Below the pieces are notes generated by a model. It was not told where the DNA came from and did no database searches. It saw nothing but the letters and a program-made list of their open reading frames with translations. The position numbers and the translations under genes were made by a program. This document shows, piece after piece, positions 21,194 through 31,204 of a stretch of 64,000 nucleotides of DNA; the first letter of the stretch is position 1; every line of letters begins with the position of its first letter. The DNA is from Myxococcales bacterium (lineage in GTDB: Bacteria; Myxococcota_A; Polyangia; Haliangiales; Haliangiaceae): contig JAYUVX010000034.1 in assembly GCA_043753855.1 (NCBI GenBank), positions 58,860 to 122,859 of the forward strand, read 5' to 3'.

Positions 21194-22807
21194 TCAGCTC
21201 GATCTGGGACGGGCGCGCGCGTTCCACACCCGCAGCGCGAGGAGGGCACCGACGATCGCCACCGGGATCATCGCGTACGGCCAGATCATCCAGTTCTCGA
21301 TCTGACGCGCGGCCGGGTTGGGCCGGGTGCTCTTGTCCGCACACACGATCAGCTTCTCCGGCAGGTAGGCGCCGTAGAGGAACGACTGGATCATCGAGCC
21401 CGCGTAGACGAAGCCATCGATGATGCCCACGGCGACGCCGGTGTTCTTGCGTCCGCCGAAGTCGGCGCTCGCAGTCCCCGACAGCATGCCGTGCACGCCG
21501 ATGATCGCCATCGACAGGAACGCGATCACCCACGGGACCGGGCCCGGGCTCGAGAGCAACAGGAGCGGAACGATCAGCACCGTGCCGGCGAGCATCAGGG
21601 CGTAGAGCACCGTCGCCACCGGCCCGCGGCGCGACTGGAACAGGTGGTCCGAGATCGCACCCGCGAACATACCGCCGGTGATCCCAGCGATGCACGAGAC
21701 CACGCCCCAGTTCTCGATCACGAACGAGTTGCCGAGGCCGATGCCCGAGCTGAAGTCGCGTCCCCATTGCAGGATCGCCTGGCGCAGGAACCCCGAGCAC
21801 AACTCGATCAGCGCGATCGTGATGATGATCGGATGCTTGAGCAGCCGGATGATCACGCGGACGGCGGGCTCCTTGGTGCCATCGTCGGGCGTGCTCGCGT
21901 CACCGAGGTCGAAGTCGGTCAGCCCCGCCTTCGACGGCGTGTCGCGCACGAACACGATGCACAGCACGAAGAACACCAGCAGGATCCCGGCCGGGATGAA
22001 GAACAGCCACTCGAGCTGCTTCGGCAGCGCGTCGGTGATCATCTTGCCGCCGTCGTAGGCAAAGAACAGGCCGAGGGAGATCAGGATGCCGAAGATGCCG
22101 CCGAACGTTCCGCGCTCCCGGAGGTGGAACCACGAGCCGTTCACCTTGACGATCGAGACGGCGCCAAAGCTCTGGAAGTACATGTTGCCGCAGTAGAGGA
22201 CGAGCATCGTCGAAAACTGGGTCCCGAACAGCGCGCTCTTGGTGTAGACCGCGTAGCCCATCAGGATGTTCGTGATCGCACCGCCACCGGCCGCGAGCAG
22301 GATCGTGGTGCGGCCGCCCCAGCGGTCTGTCAATGGGCCGTTGAGCAGGAACGCCACGCCGTAGACCGCGGAGCCCCAGCCGAAGATCGTGCCGAACTCG
22401 GACTCGGTCAACCCACCCACGTACTTGTACTGGTTAAGGTTGTACCGGGCCATGTACAGGAACGAGTAGGTCAGGCCAAGCACGAGCCAGTTGAGTAGGC
22501 GTCGTTTGCGGAATGCGTCGGTGTGCCCGAGCTCCACCTTCGGCAGCCGCGCGAGCACGACGAAGATGACGACGAGCAACAGGCCGATCGGCATCAGCTT
22601 CTCGTAGAGCGGCTTCTCCGGCTTCGGCGCTGTCTTGACCTTCGGGGCCGCGCACGCCGCCGTCGCTGCGTCGGCGGCACTCATCTCCGCGACGGGCGCG
22701 GCTGGTGCCGGGGCGGACTGTGCGATCCCGGGCACCAGCAGCGCGAACAACGTGACCACGGTCAGCGTGGTCACGATCCAGTAGCGCGCGAAATGGCGGG
22801 ACAGCAT
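21194..22807 (-). CDS. MFS transporter, organophosphate:phosphate antiporter (GlpT/UhpC-like) family
   Basis: 12-TM MFS with RRLLNWLVLGLTYSFLYMARYNL and GPLTDRWGGR motifs. About 70-aa Ala/Pro-rich N-terminal extension with its own hydrophobic segment. Confidence 0.75.
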   Translation of the reverse strand: MLSRHFARYWIVTTLTVVTLFALLVPGIAQSAPAPAAPVAEMSAADAATAACAAPKVKTAPKPEKPLYEKLMPIGLLLVVIFVVLARLPKVELGHTDAFRKRRLLNWLVLGLTYSFLYMARYNLNQYKYVGGLTESEFGTIFGWGSAVYGVAFLLNGPLTDRWGGRTTILLAAGGGAITNILMGYAVYTKSALFGTQFSTMLVLYCGNMYFQSFGAVSIVKVNGSWFHLRERGTFGGIFGILISLGLFFAYDGGKMITDALPKQLEWLFFIPAGILLVFFVLCIVFVRDTPSKAGLTDFDLGDASTPDDGTKEPAVRVIIRLLKHPIIITIALIELCSGFLRQAILQWGRDFSSGIGLGNSFVIENWGVVSCIAGITGGMFAGAISDHLFQSRRGPVATVLYALMLAGTVLIVPLLLLSSPGPVPWVIAFLSMAIIGVHGMLSGTASADFGGRKNTGVAVGIIDGFVYAGSMIQSFLYGAYLPEKLIVCADKSTRPNPAARQIENWMIWPYAMIPVAIVGALLALRVWNARARPRSS

Positions 22808-22887
22808 GACGACGGTGGCGTCTGGTTATAGTTGTCGCATCCACACGCTGTCTCGCGGGCAGGCCGGGTTATTCTGACCGTCGCAGC

Positions 22888-23715
22888 ATGACGCCGAAGT
22901 CCCGGTCCGGGCGGTCCACGCTGCAGGGCGGGCGGCGCGAGCTGCTCGATGCGGTGGGCCTGCTGCTGATCCAGGCCGGCAGCGCGCTGTTCATCACCGG
23001 CCCGGGCGTGTCGCAGGAATCGGGGCTCTCGCATTATCGCGGGATCGCCGGGCTCCGTCACAAGAAGCCCGAGGATGGCCGCGTGTTCGAGGCGGCGCTG
23101 TCGATCGAGATGCTGCAGCGCAAGCCCGAGATGACCTGGAAGTACCTGCTGCGGATGGAGGAGCAGATCCGCGCGGCCGCTCCCAACCGCACGCACGAGG
23201 TGCTGGTCAAGCTCGAGCGCGAGATCCCGCGCACCACCATCATGACGACCAACGTGGACCGGCTCCATCAGCGAGCGGGCTCGCGCAATGTCATCGAGCT
23301 GCATGGCGCGATCTTCGATCTGATGTGCTCCGCCTGCGAGCTGTCGACGCGTCACGAGACGTTCGATGCGCTCGACATCCCGCCGACGTGCAAGGCGTGC
23401 GGCGCGCAGCTGCGTCCCGACATGCCGCTGTTCGGAGAGGCGTTGCCGACCGATCCGTTCACGCGGCTCGAGCTCGAGCTCGAGCAGGGCTTCGACATCG
23501 TGTTCGCGATCGGAACGCCTACGATGTTTCCTTATCTCGCGCGGCCGATCCTGCTGGCGCGCGCCGCGGGGATTCCAACCGTCGAGGTGGGATCGCAGCA
23601 ATCCGAGATCTCGGAGCTCGTCGACTTCCGGTTCAAGGCGTCGGCGGAGAGCGTCATGGGCGCGATCTGGGACGTCTACTCGGCGCTGGGGCTACGACCC
23701 AGACGGTCCAAATAG
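22888..23715 (+). CDS. Sir2-family NAD-dependent protein deacylase
   Basis: ITGPGVSQESGL..YRG, TTNVDRLHQRAGSRNVIELHG, and a Zn ribbon CSAC..CKACG followed by RPDMPLFGE. Confidence 0.85.
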   Translation: MTPKSRSGRSTLQGGRRELLDAVGLLLIQAGSALFITGPGVSQESGLSHYRGIAGLRHKKPEDGRVFEAALSIEMLQRKPEMTWKYLLRMEEQIRAAAPNRTHEVLVKLEREIPRTTIMTTNVDRLHQRAGSRNVIELHGAIFDLMCSACELSTRHETFDALDIPPTCKACGAQLRPDMPLFGEALPTDPFTRLELELEQGFDIVFAIGTPTMFPYLARPILLARAAGIPTVEVGSQQSEISELVDFRFKASAESVMGAIWDVYSALGLRPRRSK

Positions 23716-23963
23716 CGCGTACCTACAAGAAAACCTCGCACGAGCGCACACGGCCAAACTTCGCAGAATGGCATTCGGGCGGAAACTTATTCCACGGGTA
23801 ATCGCGATATAAAACCGTGAGGAAGATCGCTGTTATGAGGTCCGATTTGTGACTCTCCCGACGATGGCGTGCACTCAGAAATCGGATTACGCTGCAACCT
23901 CGCCAACTTGTGGGACAAGTCTTACTTCGCGGGCACCGTGCGGATTTGTTACTCAGAGCGCCA

Positions 23964-25982
23964 ATGGGACGTAAAAACAACACGGCGTCGTTGCTACTCC
24001 TGACTCTGGTGGTGGGTGCGTGCGGGACGTCGGATTCGAGTCAGGGCGGCAACGGCGAGGGCAGTGGGTTCTCTGGCCCCAACGGTGGCGGTGGCGTGGG
24101 GGATCCGAGCGGGCCCGACCCGGATGACGACGGCGTGCTCCCGGTCTACCCGGTGCAACACCCGCGGATCTATCTCGGTGCCAACAAGGCGCGGCTCCAG
24201 GCCGCGCTGACCGCGAACACCGCGCCCTCGGCGAGGTTCAAGGCCAAGACCCAACAGTGGATCGCGGGCTCTGACATCTGGGGCTTTCAGGCGTGGAATG
24301 GCGCACTGCTGTCGCAACTCACTGGCAACGCCGCGGGCTGCACGAAGGCGATCGGCGTGGTGGAGACCCAGGTCGTTGCCGCGGAGGCGAAGATCGCGGC
24401 GAACCAGGCGCCCGAGGTTGCCGGCGACAGCTACCTGCATGTCGGCGAGATGATCGGCGATCTCGCGCTGGTCTATGACTGGTGCTTCGAGCAGGTCACC
24501 CCGGCGCAGCGGACTCGCTGGATCGACTATGCGAACACCACGATCGGCAACGTGTGGAACCACACGGGCGCGAAGTGGGGCAGCGCCACGATCGCGTGGA
24601 GTGGCTGGTCGACCAACGATCCGTCGGACAACTACTACTACTCGTTCCTCCGCGGCACGATGCTGCTCGGCCTCGCGACCAAGGGCGAGAGCGCGCAGGC
24701 CGATGCGTGGATCCAGCAGTTCCGCGACACCAAGATCCTCGGCCAGCTGGTGCCCACCTTCGAGACGGACCTCAAGGGCGGTGGCTCGCGCGAGGGCACC
24801 GGCTACGGCGTCGCGATGCGCAACCTGTGGGAGCTGTACGATCTGTGGCACGCGACCACGGGCGAGAAGCTGCACACCAAGACCAAGCACGCGCGGACGT
24901 CGATGATGTCGTTCATCCACCAGACGCTGCCGACGCTCGATCGCGTCGCGCCCACCGGCGACCAGTCGCGCGACTCGACCGCATCGTTCTTCGACTACCA
25001 CCGCGCGTACCTGCAGGAGCTGGTCGCGCTGTTCCCCAACGATGTGATGGCGCAGAAGGCCAAGCAGCTGCTCTCGAGCTCGACGGTGCCGGCGATGACG
25101 CAGTCGTTCATGGTCGCCTACGACTTCCTCTACGACATGGATGACGTGACCGCTGCGCCGCTCGACGGCATGAACACCGCGTACTACGCGCCGGGCATCG
25201 GCGAGCTCTATGCGCGCTCGAGCTGGGACAAGCACGCGACGTGGGTCAACTTGATCGCGGGGCCGTACACGCAGTCCCACGCCCACCAGGACCAGGGCTC
25301 GCTGATGATCTACAAGGATGGCTGGCTCGCGTACGACCCGGTCGTCGACTCGCACTCCGGCCTCGATCAGCAGGTCACCACGCACGGCCTCGTCCGCATC
25401 GATCAGGGCGGCACTGCCGTGCGCCAGATCGCCGATACGCTCTCGAGCATGAAGGCGCTGCACAAGGGTACCGGCTGGATCTATGCGTCGGCTGATCTGA
25501 CGCCGGCGTACAAGGGTGCCGTGCAGAAGGTCCAGCGCGAGATCGTCTACCTGCAGCCCGATGTCGTCGTGGTCTACGACCGCGTGCAGGGTGGCTCGTC
25601 GCAGACCTGGCAGCTCGCGGTGCCGACGGCGCCGTCGATCAGCGGCAACACGGCGACGATCTCGAACGCCGGCCACCAGCTCCAGGTGACGAAGCTCGGT
25701 GCGGGGACGATGGGCGTCCACGACTATCGCAGCAGCGACTTCTCCGGCGGCTATCGCCTCGATCAGACCGCGTCGGGGGGGGATCAGCGGTTCCTCAACG
25801 TGCTTTCGGTCGACGGTGCGGCCGCCACGGTCGCTGCCTCCGGTGACGCGGGTGTCTCGATCCACCTCGCGGATGGCCGCGATGTCACCGTCGCTTTCAA
25901 CCCGGCCGACGTCGGTGCCACGCTGACGATCAACGGCACGGCCACCGCACTCGGCGTCGGGGTCGACGACATTTCTCAGTAA
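23964..25982 (+). CDS. Heparinase II/III-like polysaccharide lyase lipoprotein
   Basis: Lipobox LVVGACG and a Gly-rich linker. DSYLHVGEMIGDLALVYDW and YTQSHAHQDQGSLMIYKDGWLAYD match heparinase II/III-family motifs. Preceded by a roughly 250-bp lower-GC leader. Confidence 0.7.
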   Translation: MGRKNNTASLLLLTLVVGACGTSDSSQGGNGEGSGFSGPNGGGGVGDPSGPDPDDDGVLPVYPVQHPRIYLGANKARLQAALTANTAPSARFKAKTQQWIAGSDIWGFQAWNGALLSQLTGNAAGCTKAIGVVETQVVAAEAKIAANQAPEVAGDSYLHVGEMIGDLALVYDWCFEQVTPAQRTRWIDYANTTIGNVWNHTGAKWGSATIAWSGWSTNDPSDNYYYSFLRGTMLLGLATKGESAQADAWIQQFRDTKILGQLVPTFETDLKGGGSREGTGYGVAMRNLWELYDLWHATTGEKLHTKTKHARTSMMSFIHQTLPTLDRVAPTGDQSRDSTASFFDYHRAYLQELVALFPNDVMAQKAKQLLSSSTVPAMTQSFMVAYDFLYDMDDVTAAPLDGMNTAYYAPGIGELYARSSWDKHATWVNLIAGPYTQSHAHQDQGSLMIYKDGWLAYDPVVDSHSGLDQQVTTHGLVRIDQGGTAVRQIADTLSSMKALHKGTGWIYASADLTPAYKGAVQKVQREIVYLQPDVVVVYDRVQGGSSQTWQLAVPTAPSISGNTATISNAGHQLQVTKLGAGTMGVHDYRSSDFSGGYRLDQTASGGDQRFLNVLSVDGAAATVAASGDAGVSIHLADGRDVTVAFNPADVGATLTINGTATALGVGVDDISQ

Positions 25983-26001
25983 GGTGTAGGGTCGCGAACG
26001 A

Positions 26002-26820
26002 ATGTCGCGCTGGCTGATCACGACCCTTCGACTCTCGGCGATCGTCGCTGGTGCATCGATGGTCAGCGTGATCGGCCTGTTGCTGTTTCGGGCAGTGGCC
26101 CCGATCGAGACGCTACGCCCGGCCTCCGGCGAGCTCGGGAACTACCTGCAGACGGTCGGCGGCATCTACGCGGTGCTGCTCGCTTTCGTCGTGTTCGTGG
26201 TGTGGAACCAGTATGACCAGGCACGCGGTCACATCGATCGCGAGTCGACGGCGCTGATCGATCTGCACCGCACGGCGAGCGGCCTGCCGGTCGCCACACG
26301 AAATGCGATCCAGGCCGGGCTCCGCGCGTACGTCAACGCCGTGGTCCACGACGAGTGGACGGCGATGCGATCCCGCGACGAGACGACGATCAGCCGGGTC
26401 GGCGAGCGGCTCGATCAGGTGTGGCTCGCGATCCACCGCTGCACCCCGGCGAACGCGTGCCAGTACACGATCTACAGCGAGGTGCTCTCGCGGTTCAACG
26501 ACCTCACCGATGTCCGCACCAGCCGGCTGACCTCGTCACGCCAGCGGATCCCGCCGCCCATGAAGATCCTGCTGTATGCCGGTGCAGCGATCATGGTCGG
26601 CTCGATCTACCTGATGGTGTTCGATCCGTTGTGGGTTCATCTCACCGCCACCGCCGCGCTCGCGGGTGCGATCGCGCATATCCTGTTCCTGATCAACGAT
26701 CTCGACGACCCGTTCGCCGGTCGCTACACGATGGCCTCCGAGCCGTACCAGCGCGCGCTCCGGGCGTTCGATCGCGATACGCATCTGGTCGACGCGCTCG
26801 AGCCGATCAGGGCCGCGTAG
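26002..26820 (+). CDS. DUF4239 (bestrophin-like) membrane protein
   Basis: Architecture is TM, helical segment, two TM, and a C-terminus LINDLDDPFAGRY typical of DUF4239. Confidence 0.6.
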   Translation: MSRWLITTLRLSAIVAGASMVSVIGLLLFRAVAPIETLRPASGELGNYLQTVGGIYAVLLAFVVFVVWNQYDQARGHIDRESTALIDLHRTASGLPVATRNAIQAGLRAYVNAVVHDEWTAMRSRDETTISRVGERLDQVWLAIHRCTPANACQYTIYSEVLSRFNDLTDVRTSRLTSSRQRIPPPMKILLYAGAAIMVGSIYLMVFDPLWVHLTATAALAGAIAHILFLINDLDDPFAGRYTMASEPYQRALRAFDRDTHLVDALEPIRAA

Positions 26821-26848
26821 GCGTCCAGACGCTGCACGGCGTGCCGGT

Positions 26849-27604
26849 TCATCGCCGCGAGCTCGTGGCCGCCAGCCGCTCGCACAGCTTCCGCGCGATC
26901 AGATACGCATCGCCGGGCCACCGCGCCGAGACGTAGCGGCCATCCTCGACGACGAACGCGTGCGTGTCATCCCCGCGCGTGCCCCGCTTCGACAGCTCTT
27001 TCGGACCGCGCTCGAAGTGCTCGGGTGCTGCGAGCGCCGCGCGAACCTCGTCCTCGACGTACGCCGGATAGGTGCGGTAGTAGCGGCCGCGCAACCAGAA
27101 CGTGGCGAGATACGCGCTGCGCTCCATGTACTTCGGCAGGCACGTGGTGCGCAGGCCGTGCAGCACGGAGTGCCCATCGGGGCGCTTCGATCGCGCGGCC
27201 ACGAGCACGCCGTGACAGATCGCAGCGATCGGCTTCTCGGTCGCGAACCACGCGGCGGTGAGCTGCTGCACGGTCTCGCTGCCGAGGTACTGCTTCATCC
27301 CGGGGGCATGACCACCGGCGAGGAACAGCGCATCGAACTGCGAAGCATCACAGCTGGCCCAGGTCCGCGGTGCGACGAACGCGGGCGCGGTCTCGAGCTC
27401 GCGGTAGAACGCGATCGGCTCGGACCGCGCTCCGAGCTTGCCGAACACGACGCCGGTGAGCAGAAGTGCATCGCACGCGGGCGTCGTAGCGGTCTCGGTG
27501 GCGAACACGACCTCGTGGCCGGCGTCGACGAGGATCTTCCACGGAACCGCCACCTCGGTGAGATCGAAGTCGCGGTCCGGCAACGGGAACAGCACCTTCG
27601 CCAT
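26849..27604 (-). CDS. DJ-1/PfpI (class I glutamine amidotransferase-like) family protein
   Basis: FDALFLAGGHA..KPIAAICHG nucleophile-elbow motif. Start at the internal ATG MAKVLFPL. Confidence 0.75.
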   Translation of the reverse strand: MAKVLFPLPDRDFDLTEVAVPWKILVDAGHEVVFATETATTPACDALLLTGVVFGKLGARSEPIAFYRELETAPAFVAPRTWASCDASQFDALFLAGGHAPGMKQYLGSETVQQLTAAWFATEKPIAAICHGVLVAARSKRPDGHSVLHGLRTTCLPKYMERSAYLATFWLRGRYYRTYPAYVEDEVRAALAAPEHFERGPKELSKRGTRGDDTHAFVVEDGRYVSARWPGDAYLIARKLCERLAATSSRR

Positions 27605-27657
27605 ACCCCAGCATCCCACGTTCCTGCCGGGGGGCGGTAGGCGTATGGTCCACGCGC

Positions 27658-28944
27658 GTGAGGCTGTGCGGGATCGTTGTCATCGCGGGAGGCTGTGGCT
27701 TCCAGGTCGGCGCAGGTGCGGCCGACGTGATCGATGACGCGCACCCCGATGTCGCGCACGTCGATCCGGACGCTCGAGAGCCCGATGCCCCCGATGCTCC
27801 CGCCGCGTGTTCGCTGTGGCATCCGCAGCACTTCCAGCCGTGCATGCTGGGCACGCCGAAGCCGGCGTTGACGATCACGCAGAGCGGCAGCCCGTGGACG
27901 TACACCACGACGAGCCAGGGTGGCGTGCTGAGCGACCATGCTGGCGTCGTGCTGATGTCGACGGTGGTCGCCACCCAGGCCGACAATTCGATGGTCGCCG
28001 TGCTGAACGTCGAGTCGCTGATCGTTCAGGCCGGTGCAACGCTGCTCGTCACGGGAGACAAGCCACTGGTGATCGCGAGCTGGGACACGATCACGGTCAA
28101 CGGTCGGATCGATACCGGCAGCATCACGAGCGAGATCACCAACACCGCGAGCGCTCACATTGATGGGCCGTCGCGCATCGGTGCCGGCGCGAATGCACCC
28201 GGCCGCTGCACTGGATTCACCGGCTCGCCGGGCACCAACGCACAGAGCGGCGGCGGATCCGGTGGTGGTGGTGGTGGCGGATTCCGCGGAACCGGGGGCA
28301 GCGGCACCACCGGGGACACCGTGATGGTCGCGGGCGGGGCGGGCGGAGCACGGGTGTCGACCGCGCCGACGGTGATCCGCGGTGGCTGCAACGGAGGTCC
28401 GAGTGGAACCGCGGGGACCTCGTCGGGCCTGTTGCCTCCTGCGACGGCGGCATCGGTCTCGCTAGGCGGCGCCAGCGGCGGGGCCATCGAGCTCGCGGCG
28501 AAGACGTCGATCACGGTGACCGGTTCGATCAACGCCGGCGGCGGCGGTGGTGCTGGCGCTCCACAGGGCTCGGCGGTGGGTGGCGGTGGTGGCGGCAGCG
28601 GCGGTTACATTGGCCTCGATGCCCCGGCGATCACGATCACGGGTGGCACGCTCTCCGCGAACGGAGGCGGTGGAGGTGGCGCGGCGCCCTACGCCGGCAA
28701 CGGGAACCAGGGTGCGAACGCGGATGGTGTGAATCAGGCCCAGGGCGGACCGATCTTCGGCGGCGGCAACTGTGGGCTCGCGGGAGCACCCGGATCGATC
28801 GGGGGCACGTTCGACGCGCCATCCGCCACCGGTAGCGATTCGTGTGGTGGTGGTGGTGGCGGCGGTGGTGCTGGCTTCATCTTCATGGTCGCGCCGTCGC
28901 TCACGCTGACCAGTCCTGCGATCTCGCCGACCCAGCTTCCGTAG
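27658..28944 (+). CDS. Gly-rich secreted lipoprotein (beta-helix-like repeats)
   Basis: Lipobox VIAGGCG. Repeated GGGGGGxG runs alternate with short beta segments (ITVTGSINAGGGGGAG, ITITGGTLSANGGGGGG). Confidence 0.55.
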   Translation: MRLCGIVVIAGGCGFQVGAGAADVIDDAHPDVAHVDPDAREPDAPDAPAACSLWHPQHFQPCMLGTPKPALTITQSGSPWTYTTTSQGGVLSDHAGVVLMSTVVATQADNSMVAVLNVESLIVQAGATLLVTGDKPLVIASWDTITVNGRIDTGSITSEITNTASAHIDGPSRIGAGANAPGRCTGFTGSPGTNAQSGGGSGGGGGGGFRGTGGSGTTGDTVMVAGGAGGARVSTAPTVIRGGCNGGPSGTAGTSSGLLPPATAASVSLGGASGGAIELAAKTSITVTGSINAGGGGGAGAPQGSAVGGGGGGSGGYIGLDAPAITITGGTLSANGGGGGGAAPYAGNGNQGANADGVNQAQGGPIFGGGNCGLAGAPGSIGGTFDAPSATGSDSCGGGGGGGGAGFIFMVAPSLTLTSPAISPTQLP

Positions 28945-29008
28945 CTCCGCAAGACCGCTCTTGCGACGCGTGCACGGGATTTGCTGTGAGGTGAGGTCGG
29001 AGGAGACG

Positions 29009-29173
29009 ATGCCGCGCAAGCAACGGTTCAAGCCATCACGCAAGCCCAAGCCGACTGACGCACCAGAGGGGGATCAGCAGCACCCACGGAGCGAGACGGG
29101 CCACAGCGAACACGGAAGCCCGCCGCCCGACGAGGAGCGAGGCGTGATCGAGCACGTCAGCGGACCTATCTGA
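29009..29173 (+). CDS. Possible small basic/acidic hypothetical protein
   Basis: MPRKQRFKPSRKPKP.. 54 aa. Only moderate GC3 and no homology recognised. Confidence 0.25.
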   Translation: MPRKQRFKPSRKPKPTDAPEGDQQHPRSETGHSEHGSPPPDEERGVIEHVSGPI

Positions 29174-29238
29174 TCGCGAGCGCTGGTGTCGCGCCGGGCG
29201 TTCGCGCCCGCGCACGACAGAATTACTGACTGCGTATT

Positions 29239-29315
29239 ACTACGTAGTGGTGTAAACGACTGGGGCGCTGCAGATCCACGATCGTGTGTGGCGTCCGAGC
29301 ACTGCAGTCGTTTAC
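29239..29315. other. AT-rich palindromic element between convergent genes
   Basis: Perfect 10-bp palindrome ACTACGTAGT (29239-29248). 11-bp inverted repeat GTAAACGACTG (29252-29262) / CAGTCGTTTAC (29305-29315). Confidence 0.6.
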
Positions 29316-29345
29316 GTACGCACCGATGAACGACGGCGAGGTCGC

Positions 29346-31148
29346 TCAGGTCGGGCGCTCGGGCTCGACGCGTTCGATGTGGATGTTCTTGTCCTTGGCG
29401 TCCGGTTTGCGCGCAGCCTCCGCGAACCGCTCGGCATCGCCACCGGCGATCTCGACCCGAGTCTCGCGCGCGAGGATCTGGATCTTGCCGATCGACTGCT
29501 TGGTGATGCCACCACGGCGGCACAACAGCGGGATGATCCACTTCGGATCGGCGTTCTTCGAGCGGCCGACGTTCACCGTGAACCACACCGCATCGCCGTG
29601 CGTCGCGCTGGGTTCGTCATTGACGTCGCGGCGCGGGCGGCGCTCCGGCGGCGCAGACGGCCGCTCGCGCTCGGCGGCGCGGCGATCCGGAGGCGGGTTG
29701 CGGCGCTCCTGATCGATCGGCTCGCTGCGCGATCGGCGATCGTCCCCGCCATCGCGGCGCTCGCTGCGTGCTGCGGGCTGTGGACGGGGCGCCGGGCGCG
29801 GCGGCGGCGCGCCGGGACCGCGCGGGCGCAGCGACGACGGTACCGTGAGCTCCTCGGGAGCCGGGCGAGCCTGGCGGCGCTGATTGACGAGCGCGGCGAC
29901 CAGGTCCTCGGGGCTGCGATCGGCGAGCAGGGTGCGCGCGACCTCGCGATCGTCGTCGGTCGGGCTCTCGATCAAGCCGCGGATCTCGAGCACGAGCTGA
30001 TCCTGATCGCGGATCCGGATGTCCTCGGCATTCGGCGGGAGCTTCCACACCGGATCGATGTGCGCGGCGTGGAACATCCGCTCGACGAACCGGCGCGCCT
30101 GCTCGGTGGCGACCACGATCGCCACACCCTTGCGCCCCGCGCGCCCGGTGCGGCCACTGCGATGGACGAGGACCTCGCGGTTCTGCGGGAGATCCGCGTG
30201 AATCACGACACCGAGGTCCGGCAGGTCGAGGCCACGCGCGGCGACATCGGTGGCGACACACACGCGCGCACGACCATCGCGCAGCGCCTGCAGTGCCTGG
30301 TTGCGCTCGCGTTGCGACAGCTCGCCCGATAGCGAGGCCACCGAGAAGCCGCGCTCGCTAAGGTTGGCCGCGAGCCGGGTGACGCCATCGCGCGTGTTGC
30401 AGAACACCAGCGAACCAGGCGCATCGTGGTAGCGGAGCAGATTGACGACGGCGAGGTCGCGCTCGCGCGAGATGATCGTGACGCCGACGTACTCGATGTC
30501 GCGGTGGCGGTCACCCTCGGCCGCGGTGGCGAGGCGCAGCGCATTCTTCTGAAACCGCTTCGCGAGCGTCGCGATCTCCTTGGGGATCGTCGCCGAGAAC
30601 ATCAGCGTGCGGCGATCCGCGGGCGCTGCGGAGAGCAGCCGTTCGAGATCCTCGCGGAAGCCCATGTCGAGCATCTCGTCGGCTTCGTCGAGCACGACTG
30701 CCTCGACGCTCGAGAGCTTCAGGGCGGTGCGCTCGAGGTGGTCGCACAGCCGGCCCGGGGTGCCGACCACGATGTGGACGCCCCGCGAGAGGAACTCGCG
30801 CTCGCGCCGCGGATCCATGCCGCCGACGCAGGTGGTGATCCGCGCGCCGGTCTCGGCGTACAGCCACGATAGCTCGCGGTGGACCTGGATCGCGAGCTCG
30901 CGAGTCGGCGCGACGATCAGCGCACGCGGCGCGCCTGCCGGACCGATCCGCTCGGTGTCCCCGAGCAGCCGCTTCGCGAGCGCGAGCCCGAACGCAACCG
31001 TCTTGCCCGAGCCGGTCTGCGCGGAGACCAGCAGGTCGCGATCCTCGGCCTCGGGTGCCATCACCGCTGCCTGAACGGGGGTGGGCTCGGCGTAGGACTT
31101 GGCGGCCAGGGCGCGGCGGAGACTCGGGTGCGCGAACGAAAACGACAT
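29346..31148 (-). CDS. DEAD-box ATP-dependent RNA helicase with Arg/Pro-rich linker and DbpA-like C-terminal RNA-binding domain
   Basis: Q motif PTPVQ, AQTGSGKT, VLDEADEMLDMGF, SAT, HRSGRTGRAG. C-terminus WFTVNVGRSKNADPKWIIPLLCRRGGI. Confidence 0.9.
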   Translation of the reverse strand: MSFSFAHPSLRRALAAKSYAEPTPVQAAVMAPEAEDRDLLVSAQTGSGKTVAFGLALAKRLLGDTERIGPAGAPRALIVAPTRELAIQVHRELSWLYAETGARITTCVGGMDPRREREFLSRGVHIVVGTPGRLCDHLERTALKLSSVEAVVLDEADEMLDMGFREDLERLLSAAPADRRTLMFSATIPKEIATLAKRFQKNALRLATAAEGDRHRDIEYVGVTIISRERDLAVVNLLRYHDAPGSLVFCNTRDGVTRLAANLSERGFSVASLSGELSQRERNQALQALRDGRARVCVATDVAARGLDLPDLGVVIHADLPQNREVLVHRSGRTGRAGRKGVAIVVATEQARRFVERMFHAAHIDPVWKLPPNAEDIRIRDQDQLVLEIRGLIESPTDDDREVARTLLADRSPEDLVAALVNQRRQARPAPEELTVPSSLRPRGPGAPPPRPAPRPQPAARSERRDGGDDRRSRSEPIDQERRNPPPDRRAAERERPSAPPERRPRRDVNDEPSATHGDAVWFTVNVGRSKNADPKWIIPLLCRRGGITKQSIGKIQILARETRVEIAGGDAERFAEAARKPDAKDKNIHIERVEPERPT

Positions 31149-31204
31149 CGGTTTGGGTCGCGGACCCTAGTCGGTTCGGCCCGGATCCGCAATGAATCAA
31201 TGAT

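Noticed and set aside
23716-23963. The lower-GC 250-bp region upstream of the lyase gene, as a possible tRNA, small RNA or sigma-54 promoter (TGGCAT...).
   Set aside because: No tRNA-like T-arm or anticodon structure is present, and the TGGCAT is not followed by TTGC at the correct spacing. It is most likely an ordinary promoter/leader region.
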